Assembly (NCBI GenBank): GCA_046563655.1
Contig: CM102285.1
Coordinates: 14,012,001-14,076,000 of the forward strand
Reading direction: 5' to 3'
DNA length: 64,000 bases
Source: Yuukianura sp. NJ FZ-2021
Taxonomy: Eukaryota
Below, piece after piece: positions 13,101-22,971 of this stretch (its first letter is position 1; each line of letters opens with the position of its first letter). The position numbers and the translations under genes are program-made. The notes beneath the pieces are model-generated. The model was given only the letters and a program-made list of their open reading frames with translations. It did not search any database and was not told where the DNA came from.

Positions 13101-14319
13101 TTCTGGGGCAGGACGAGACTCTGAAGCAGTTTTGAAGTTTTTTGTAACCTTCAATACTGCCATCCGAGAAGCATCTACAGAGTGTCTCTCATCTTTAATT
13201 GCAACGCATGACCTGTTAGTTGGAAAGATTGGACAAGGTCAGTCCAAGGTCACTGGACTTGTGCTGCTACTTGGCCGAACAATCGCTGAAATTGGGAAAT
13301 TCCGAGACACTCCGGAAATTCAGCGATCGCTGGTGACAAACGGCTTAAATCAACTCGGAAAAAGAGTGAACAAAATTGGTTCAAAAGGTGCGCTTCAGAA
13401 GAGACTGGTTCCAGCGTTGGAAGAAATTCAGAACGACATTGACACTATTTCAACACAATTGCTGCTGTCGATCAACTTGGTCCAGCATCCAGCAGCACAT
13501 GAGCAGCATTTCGATGCTGCAGCGAATGACACCCAAGCGACTGGAGAATCTTGTCCAGAATCGAATGTCACCGACCTCTGGATGCTAAGATTGAGTCAGC
13601 AGCAGCCATTGGACAACTCTACATCCAATCAGGATCAGCATCAGCAGCAGGAGAATCAGCATCAGCAGCATCATCGCGTGACCTTGGCATTTGAAAATCA
13701 AGAAATTCTGTTCAAAGAACTCAGTAGAACCAAACAGTGTCGCGTAGTCATCGAGGTCATTCGGTTTTTGCTGGCCCTAATTGACCAAGCATTGATTTCC
13801 CTCAACCAATCAGCGATTGACCTCTCCGAAGTCACTAAACAACTGAGGTCACTCAAACTTGACCTCACAACTTTTCTTAAAAAAGATTCTTTTGCACCTG
13901 ACCTTGGCGCGAGCACTCCAGAAATCCATGCCATTCTGCACCAACTTCATCAAACGAAAGAAATCGCTCGTAAAACGTTTGTTGAAATCACTCAAGAAAT
14001 GACCAAGACCCGTCACCTTCTGCAGTACATCAAATCTTACGTAAATCTACGTTTCAAGTACGAACTTTCTACAATATCCAACACTTTCCACTTGAAGTCA
14101 ACCACAGTCCCGGTCAAGTTCAAGGAACGTCCTCCTCATCGGCATCGATTGAAAATCCATGGACACGAGAAATACCGAACTGAGCAAGACAAACAATTGA
14201 GGAAAAAGTACAAGAAGAAAATCCGCCAATTTGAAACGTTTTTCAACTCTTCGCTGGAAAATACTGCAACTGTCCAAGTTCCACTTAAACTCAAACTGGA
14301 ACGAATGAGCATCCCTTGA
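10135..14319 (+). CDS. Large uncharacterised protein (~1250 aa, probably mostly helical); start uncertain
   Basis: Phase-compatible GT-AG exons at about 10135-10166, 10244-10372, 10443-10611, 10700-11001, 11078-12682 and 12757-14319 join the 99-, 535- and 527-aa ORFs. No domain recognised. Confidence 0.7.
11600..11725 (+). repeat. Coding minisatellite, 6 x 21 bp (7-aa repeat)
   Basis: Encodes NFNFSSK NFDLSGK NLNFPNK NLNFSSK NLNISGK EFDFSGK. Confidence 0.9.
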
Positions 14320-14933
14320 ATATTTTTCAGTAAAAACTAAAATATTTGTTCAAAATTTACATCCCAAAATCAAAATCCATGTTTGATCCAAAGTTCATTC
14401 AATTTGAAGATCTATGCTAAGATACTATAAGATCTAAGATGCTAATTTCAAGATTTATTAGAACCTTTCGAAGTCTTTTTTCTAAATCTACTTTGAAATA
14501 TAAAAATTAGTAGATGGCATCATTCCCATCTGTACATAAGTCTTAGTGCCTTATTAGGAAAGACACGCTAAGTTGATGAAGGTCAAGCAAGGTCATCCGA
14601 TGCGAAAAGCATGACGTGTGCCAAAAAAAAAAACTAAATGTGTATAGTCTTGTACATTTTCAGGACAATGGGTATGGGCTGTTTCTGGAAGGCAACTAGA
14701 CACATCAGCTGTCATTGTCATAGTCTGACTGTAAAACCGCCTTGATTGTGCAATTCTATGAACAGTTAACCATAATCACCATGTAAACACTTAAGAACAC
14801 TTCAGAAACACTTGTGGAGGCGGAGGGAGTAACTATCTGTGAAACATATCCCATTTCATTACTTTACTGACCTCAGACATAGTCAGTAAGTGTTAAAAAC
14901 TTTAGTTTAAGTTATTCTTACTGAATTTTAAAA

Positions 14934-15796
14934 ATGTTGAGAGGTCGAAGTGTCCTTGTTACTGGATCCACCAGTGGAATTGGCTGGGGAATTATCACAC
15001 AATTTGCTAAGGCCGGTGCTCGACTGATGCTGCATGGTCTGGAGAGTGAAAAAGAAGTTCTTCATCTAAAAAAAGAACTACTGGACAAAAATGCTGAAGC
15101 AGTTGAGTACGCTACTGCCGATCTTGCATCCGAAGCAGCTTGTAAGGAGCTAGTCTACACGAGTCAAAAGTTGCTCGGTGGGAAACTGGACATAATTGTG
15201 AACAATGCTGGAATTCAGTACACCGCTAGATGTGAAGATTTCCCTACTGAGAAGTACAAATCCATCATGGCGATTTGTTTAGACGCGCCATTTTACATTA
15301 GCAAAGCAGCTTTACCCCATATGTACAAGCAGCAATGGGGGAGACTTATTCACATAGGATCAGCACACAGTCATGTCGTAAGTGTCGAAAATCAACTAAT
15401 TACCAAATTAGTTTAGTTAGTAACTTAAAGTAAACTTTGATTTCTGGTTGCTAGGCATCTCCAAACAAAACGGCGTACTGCGCAGCGAAACACGGAGTAC
15501 TTGGACTTTCTCGAGCGATTGCCTTAGAAGCTGCTGGAACTGGAGTGACGAGTAACTGTCTCTGTCCAGGATGGGTCCTCACTCCGCTAGTTAAGAAACA
15601 AGTTGAGAGAATCGCTGAAGAAAAGAAGATTTCGCTGGAAGAGGCTCAAGCGATTCTGACACTGGACAAGCATCCGACAAACGAGTTCGTCAAACCCGAG
15701 AATCTCGGCAGTTTCTGCGTATTTTTGTCGTCGGAGGCTGCTGGACAAATCAACGGAGCGTCACTGTCCATGGACTTGGGCTGGACTGTCAGATGA
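14934..15796 (+). CDS. D-3-hydroxybutyrate dehydrogenase, bacterial BdhA/HBDH-type short-chain dehydrogenase (exons 14934-15377, 15455-15796)
   Basis: Motifs TGSTSGIG, NNAGIQ, EDFPTEK, SAH, ASPNKTAYCAAKHG, CPGWVLTPLVKKQ and MDLGWTVR; a single phase-0 GT-AG intron at 15378-15454. Confidence 0.85.
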
Positions 15797-16314
15797 TCAT
15801 TTTCTTAACATTCTTGGGATTCTTGTCCTGTCGCCTTGTCCTCAAGTGAAAATTTTCAAAAATTAAGGAATAAACAGAGATTTTAAATTTTTGTGAAATT
15901 GCGTCAATTTTGATACTAAGTTGTACGCCAACTAAAAATTAATATTTTTGTTCCCTGGTTTTCTTGTGTGAAGGTACCAAGGTAAGCTTGTTTCTTGTTC
16001 TTGGATGTCCTTCTCTGATGTATTTTTCCTAACTCATTCTCCATCTCTCGTTATGCAAACTTTTTAAACCAATCACAATTGAGCAAGATTTTCTATGCGA
16101 GACATCTACTAAGGTTTTTCTTTCAGGTTTTTATGCGGCGTAAAGAAAAAGCATAAGTGAAAATTATAAGAAATTCAAATCACAGGAGGCGGGCGTTTTG
16201 AACGTGACTTTGTTTTTTGCAAAAACTCTGCAAAAACATCTTTCTTTTTTTGTGCAAAAAAAGATTGCAACAGAAAACGTTTTTGGCACGAACGGAACGC
16301 AAACTGAACGACTG

Positions 16315-16612
16315 ACTACATTTGAAATTTGAATTCAATCAGTGGTGAAGATCAGTGACTCAGTTGAGGTCCCCAGTCCTCAGTGACTGGAACATTGTCA
16401 CCAATCAGTTAAGGTTAGTCATCAGTTAGGTGAGTGAAGAGCAAGAACAATTAATTGTTATCGTTAAGTTTCGGATTTTCAGTAATTAAAATTGTTAAAT
16501 TTTTCAGTTAATTCCAGCTTCAGTCGCTGAAACATTTCCAAAATCAACCAATCTCGTTTTTATTTTGCACGTGGAAGGAACGATCACTTGCTCTAGTCCC
16601 TAAAAATCATTG
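16315..16612 (+). promoter_or_regulatory. Probable promoter and noncoding first exon upstream of MED31/RIOK3
   Basis: About eight TCAGT (arthropod initiator-like) words at ~16319-16527, then a strong donor TG|GTAAGT at 16612/16613. Confidence 0.5.
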
Positions 16613-16867
16613 GTAAGTTAATTTTTAATGTTGTTAACTAATGTAATATTATATAAGTTTATCATCAGTTAAGTCCAAACCCAATCGCAGTACTGGTTAG
16701 AGCTTAAAGCCTCGACGTTGATGCAATTTTTACCTAAACATCTTGACAGATCTTCGTTATCAATGTGCCAAATAAATTGACATGGATGTTGTCAATCTAC
16801 AAAAGTGGTCTAGGAATTATATTGGATAAAATGTGTTGCCTAGGAACAGGATCTGGTTCAGCAGACA

Positions 16868-17335
16868 ATGACGAATCCTCGGGAAGATGAGCAGGCCAAA
16901 CTCCGCTTCCAAATTGAGCTGGAATTTGTACAATGTTTAGCCAATCCGAATTACCTCAACTTCTTGGCACAGAGAGGCCACTTCAAGGAGTCTGCCTTCG
17001 TCAACTACCTCAAGTATCTTCAGTACTGGAAGGAGCCTGAATATGCCAAGTATCTGAAGTACCCAATGTGTTTGTACTTCTTGGATCTTCTCCAGTATCC
17101 AGAATTTCGAAAAGAATTGGCCAATACAAGATGTGCCAAGTTCATCGAGGATCAGCAACTGCTTCATTGGCAAAATTACATCCGAAAGAGAACTAAATTG
17201 GGCCAATCGGCTGCTTCAGCTTCATCATCAACTCCTGGAACGACTGTCGCAGTATCTGAATTATCCACTCATGTACTGAATACCCAGCAGCAGTTACAGA
17301 ATACCAATCCCCTACCAGGACCATCCAACAAATGA
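16868..17335 (+). CDS. MED31: Mediator of RNA polymerase II transcription subunit 31 (SOH1 family), intronless CDS
   Basis: LRFQIELEFVQCLANPNYLNFLAQRG...FVNYLKYLQYWKEPEYAKYLKYPMCLYFLDLLQ. Confidence 0.97.
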   Translation: MTNPREDEQAKLRFQIELEFVQCLANPNYLNFLAQRGHFKESAFVNYLKYLQYWKEPEYAKYLKYPMCLYFLDLLQYPEFRKELANTRCAKFIEDQQLLHWQNYIRKRTKLGQSAASASSSTPGTTVAVSELSTHVLNTQQQLQNTNPLPGPSNK

Positions 17336-17546
17336 ATTCAATAATTTTATACCCAAATCAGATTCGAATTACGTTTTCATTGTTCAGTATTTAAAAATTC
17401 AGAAATTCACTAATAAATTTGTAATAATCATTCTCAACAATCTATTAATTTTAGGTTAACTTATCTGAAATGCGGATATTTTATAACTTGCTCTTAATTT
17501 CATCGTTCTTTTTCTTCCAGGCATCTCTTCCTGATCATTTCAAAAG

Positions 17547-19764
17547 ATGGCTTCCACTCCTGTTCCAGTATCTGTCGAAAGTGTACGGAAAGCAGAAGGC
17601 GACGTTCGGAAGTCTCCGTGGGGTACTGTCGGAGTTTCACCAGACACGAACAGCAGTTTCCTGAATATCATGAGCGAACAACTGGCAGAAGGACTCCAGA
17701 CAGAAGAGAACACAAAGTACTATGAAGTTTTGCAACAAGGTTCTCCAGCATCTCCAAGTTCAAAGGATTTTGACCTGGACGATCTGATGGCCCAGGCAGA
17801 CGGCACTGACTGTACAAACGATGAAACTATTGCACACATGCTCCAAATTCAATTTAACAAGGAGTATGATGAAGATGTTAAACGACTTGAGAAGAAATAC
17901 AACGGAACTTCTAAAGGTAATGGACTACTTGCTGAATACTTTGTAGTAATCGATTACTTGATTACTTTGCATGATTTGGTTATAGTTTCTGTATCACTGT
18001 GCAACTACATGAGTTCACATACGACGTCTCCGCAAGACGACGATTCCGACTCCGACGAGGAACTGGAAGAGGAGCTTCGGAAATCCAAGAAACCCTGGGA
18101 CAGCTTTGAGGTAAAAAAAAATCAAAACCAAGATTTCCAAATTCTTTTCAAACATTGAGCGATTTTCTATGGAAAATTCTATGAAAAGTTTTTAATTTTC
18201 GAAATTTTATTTCCAGGCCCATGAAAAAGCGTTTCCTGCGATGGGGGGCAAGGGCTACGTCAAGGTCAACAATGAAATGGTGACGAAACATGACATCACA
18301 ATGAACGGTCGTCGAAATGCTTGTCGCGTAATGGAACGCCTACCACCCTGTATTGCCACTGGAGACGCGGGAAGTTTTGACATGAAACTTTCAAATCAAG
18401 TTTACAACAACCTGAAAAACTACTCGAAAGCAGAAGATCAGCGACGAACTCGACTGCATGACAAGGAAGAAAAGGCTACTCATGACATGGCCATGGACCC
18501 CAAGACGCGTTTGCTGCTGTACAAACTGATCAACGGTGACATCCTGAAGAAAGTGCATGGAATCATCTCTACTGGCAAGGAGGCTGTTATATTATTTGCA
18601 GAGGGAGGAGGGAAAGTCGAGCTGGAAGGTGGAGAAACAATTGATGTTCCAGAAGAAGTGGCTGTCAAAGTATTCAAAACGAGTTTGAACGAATTCAAAA
18701 CAAGAGACAAGTATATCAAAGACGACTACCGATTCAGGGACAGATTTTCAAAACAGGCAAGAGAAAAACACCAAAATGTCTACATTTTCAAATTGGTCAG
18801 AATTCAAAAACCAGATTTTTTTTAACTTTAGAACCCTCGGAAAATCATTCAACTGTGGTCGGAAAAAGAGAAGCACAATTTGGCCAGGATGGAGAAGGCT
18901 GGAGTTCCAGCTCCAAAGGTAGGCGTTTTGTGTTATATTTTGTCTAAAAATTTTGAAAAAGTTTGAATTTTGAAAATTTTCGAAATTTTGGTTCTACAGG
19001 CGGTGCTACTCAAAAAGCATCTTTTGATTCTCTCGTTCATTGGTGAAGATGGAAAAGCAGCTCCGAAGTTGAAAGAAGTCAACTTTCCACAAGATGACGA
19101 CAAAGTTTTGCTGCGTAGTGCTTATGACCAGACAGTCAAGGTGAGTTTTTTGAACTTTTGCATTGAATTTTTTTTACTTTTTTTTTTCAAAATTTTAAAA
19201 CTAGGGTATGCGGAAACTGTACGTGGACTGTCACTTGGTGCACAGTGACCTCTCAGAGTACAATATCCTCTGGCACAAAGAAACTTGCTACTTCATCGAC
19301 GTCTCTCAGTCAGTTGAACCGTCCCATCCAAACGCCCTTGAGTTTCTGTACAGAGACTGCCTCAACATCATCACAGTGAGATTCCAGTCCACTTGAATTT
19401 TTGGTTGCTTTACTTTCGTTTTTGTTTCTTTTCAAAAAAAGTTTATGATTGTCTTCGTTTTGTCTTAGTTTTTTGGAAAACGACATCTGGAAAACATTCA
19501 TTCTGCTGCAAGTCTCTTTTCCTTTGTCTCTGGACTGCAACTCAACGAAGGCGAAGGCCCATCTGTTCTTTCACAGGTAAATTTTCAAAATTTTGAAAAT
19601 CGAAATCCAAATTCAAACAAACGTTTTCTTTGTTTTAGATTCGAGATTTTGAAAAGAACGTGGAACTCCTGACTTTCGCGAAATCCGAAAAGTCATATCC
19701 ATTTGACGCTGTTTGGGGGCAAGGAAACCTTGCGACTTCTCCACCAAAGAAATCTACCAACTAA
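17547..19764 (+). CDS. RIOK3: Serine/threonine kinase RIO3, ~8 exons
   Basis: RIO3 N-terminal motifs ([24 protein letters not shown]...[24 protein letters not shown]) plus a RIO kinase core ([60 protein letters not shown]). Approximate exons 17547-17916, 17986-18110, 18217-18756, 18832-18918, 19000-19140, 19205-19374, 19470-19575, 19640-19764. Confidence 0.93.
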
Positions 19765-19981
19765 AACCCATCGGACTACGGACGGGCGCTAAATTTTGAA
19801 ATCGACACATTTTTTCAAAATTCAAAATTGGCCAACTAATTAGATCAAAAGAATCGGTTGCACATGCACAGCATGCTGAAAACTGAATTACGAAAACTAT
19901 TCCGTTTTCTCTTATTTCCGTTTCAAGTAAAATTCGTTCAAAATTTTCCTGCTTGAATGAAATACGTTCACTTCTAAAAAT

Positions 19982-20724
19982 TTAACCGCATGCTGCCAGC
20001 ATTGCTGCTCTCCTTCTTCCTACAATTTCTTTGAGGAACATGTCCATAGTGTAGATGCAGAATAGCTTGTACATGTACACCATCATCACTCCAACGATAA
20101 ACACTGGCTTGTTGTCGAAGAAATCATAAATAGGTACGACTGCAGCTAAGCCAAAGAAACAGTTTAGAATCGTCACCAGCATCCATATCCTCAGTGGCAG
20201 AAGAGACAACTAGGAATTAATCAATTAATTAAGTTAATCGATTAATCTCTAATTTAGTTATGTTGAAAGTGTTTTTAGTTCTGGACTTACCAATTTTGTC
20301 CCGAAGAACAGCACGAGAGCAAGCAGAAGCTCGAAAATGTACCATCCAAGAAAAAGTCCTAAAATCAAGTGCTGATCAGAATCTAAACAAAAACACCAAA
20401 AAAATCAACACTTTTTGAAATGTTGTTGAAAATTTTTGAAACCTTTGAAATTTGAAATAATAACAAATGGAAAGAATTTAATTTGTTGAACAGTACCAGG
20501 AAGTGTCAAAAATTTGACAATGTCTTTTTGTTCTGGATTTTCAGCAGCATATGATTCGAGTGTATCTTTGCTAAAGGTCAACAGGATCAAAAGAGCTCCA
20601 ACTACAGTAATTCCATAAGCAGCTAACCCCTGAAAACAGAAAAGTTGACCTTTGACCTCGGTTGACCTCAGTTTACGGTTGGAGAGAAACTTACCAGGTC
20701 AGCTTTTCCCAGTAGCCTTCCCAT
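19982..20724 (-). CDS. Small four-TM membrane protein, paralog A (4 exons)
   Basis: Spliced translation MGRLLGKADL|GLAAYGITVVGALLILLTF...|DSDQHLILGLFLGWYIFELLLALVLFFGTKL|LSLLPLRIWMLVTILNCFFGLAAVV...YMYKLFCIYTM; four hydrophobic segments. Confidence 0.65.
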
Positions 20725-21430
20725 CGGGAAAGAAGTTGGAGAGTTCTTGGTATACTGATAGTCACACATTTTAGTAATTGAACAAAACAATTTTCAAAAA
20801 CTAGAAATTTTGAAAGTTTAGATTTCTTTTCGTTTTTGATATTTTCAAATCCTAGTGACAAGGACTTGGACTTCAAATTTAAACTTTTCCAAAAACGGCA
20901 GGAAGAGTCTCGGTGAAAGCCAACTTTCACCGAGTGGCGTCGATGTTAGTTTTTGTTTTTGTTTTTGTTTTTTTTTTGGAATCACTTCTTTTTTTCAAAA
21001 TTTCAAAGAATAAGGCAATTTTGAAGCCTTTTTTATTTCCAATTTTGAGTTTTCTTTTGACAAAGGAACTAACAATTTTCGTAATTTTGGTTAATATAAG
21101 CACCATTCGTTTGTAACGATTTTTGTAAGATGTTGACAATTTAAGTTTCATGGGTTTCAAAATTCAAAGATCTTTGACGAGTAACTTGAACTTTTGGCTT
21201 TTTCGAAATACTTTGTCGTTTTTGTTCAAAATGAAGTTTTTCTTTCAGATTGTTGGATTTTGGCAATACTTTGTAAAATGGGAAGTTAAAATTGAAAGTG
21301 CGAAGGTAGAAGCTCAGCCGAGGAGAGGCAGAGGCTGAAGATATGCAAAATGTGAAGCGACTGAACAGAAATCCGAGTCCAAACCGTAAACAAGCAGTGT
21401 AGAGAGACTTGGGGTCAAGGTCAACTGAGG

Positions 21431-22274
21431 TCATTCGTCAAGGTCAAAGTTGCTGCCCCGTCCAGTGTCCCGCTTGACCTCTCCCCTCTCCAGCATTTCG
21501 TCAATGAGGAGATAGACGATGAAGAGGCAAGTGAAGCGATAGAGATCTGTTGCGATGAATAGGACGAGGAGGACGATGGGCAGGTCAGAAGGATGGGCAG
21601 CGGCGCTGAGCAGCGTTCCCTGCATGTACACTTCAGCCAGAAAGGTCACGGTCATTATGAGTAGCCAGGCCTGAAAGGTCAAGTAACCACTGTAACTAGG
21701 GAGTAACCACCGTAACTATGGAGTAACCATGATGGTTACCTTCATGTAACCATAGTCTCTTAGTTTAGCTCCGTGGAGAAGGACGTAGCCCATTATGGCC
21801 TCAAAGACGCACCAAGCGAACTGAAGAAAAACGGTTTGCCACTGCGTATCACCTTCTGACACAAGAGTGGAAGTTAATCAACTAAATCAATTAATTGTAA
21901 ATTATTTTAATTAATTAATTTTATTATTGTTAAGTTAATTACGTTCTTTGGATGTAAACTGATAAAGGGACTCTCCCAGGAACGTGTCGTTGTTGTTCTT
22001 GGCATATTCCTGGACAACGTCCAGGCGAAAGTAGAACAAAAGGAGGACTATGGTGAAGCAAATCACTGGCAAAATTGTGACGACCTAAACAAAATTTCAG
22101 AAAATTTCGAAAAAGCAAAAAAATTTCAAAATTTTGAAAAATTACTTTTTTTTGGACTCTTACCATGTTGACCTTTGCGAGTACGACGACCTTTTCCTGT
22201 AGATTTGACGGGGGGAAGTCTGATGGGAGACTTCTTTTGGGAGTGTTGTGTGGGTGGAGATAGGAGTGAGACAT
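21431..22274 (-). CDS. Small four-TM membrane protein, paralog B (4 exons)
   Basis: ...VLAKVNM|VVTILPVICFTIVLLLFYF...|...FAWCVFEAIMGYVLLHGAKLRDYGYMK|AWLLIMTVTFLAEV...LYRFTCLFIV; same topology as the neighbour. Confidence 0.65.
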
Positions 22275-22971
22275 CCTGAGATCTTTAACTTAGATGCTCA
22301 GTAATTAATTAATTAAGGACTGCAATTAAGTGGGCGTGGCTCTTCCCTTCCTCATTTCCTGTCTTAACTCAAAGTTCAAATCAGGAAACTTACATTCTAA
22401 TCTTTATTCCTATGTTTATGTTCAACTTAAGATGTGTAAGTGCTTGAATTCTGCCAACTTGTGAAGTTGCGAACTTAAAAAAATCCAGGGCAGGAGCAGA
22501 AGATGCTGAAAAGTGGGGCTTCTGGAGTTCTGGGGACAAAATCGATATTGGATAGAGGAAGATCCTTAAAACGCAACGCAAAAGACACCACTACTATGCA
22601 TATGTTTGGTCAAGGGCGGGACGAAACAAGAGAAAAAATTCCCGGAATTCTCTGTTTTTGCAAAATAAGGCAAAAAATTTGTTTATTTTGCAAAGAGAAA
22701 GTTGGAAAATGAAGTGAAAGCGATAGCGGAAATTTTCTGTGCATCTTTTATTTAAAGTTTTTGGAAAAAGTGGCAATTTGCTGAAAACTTCCCTCATTAC
22801 TACGCGAGTGGATCCAATTTGGGTTTATTAGGAAGGACTAGTACTAAAACATATATTTTATTGATATATTATTATGGTATACAATTTGCTATATTTTTAA
22901 ATAATATTTAAAAAATATACCCATATATATAAGATTTCTCTGTCTAAAAATTAACAACGGTGAAAATTTGT

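Noticed and set aside
14934..15796. Bacterial contamination or chimeric contig as the source of the BDH gene
   Set aside because: It has a canonical spliceosomal intron, a downstream AATAAA (~15869) and flanks of host-like composition.
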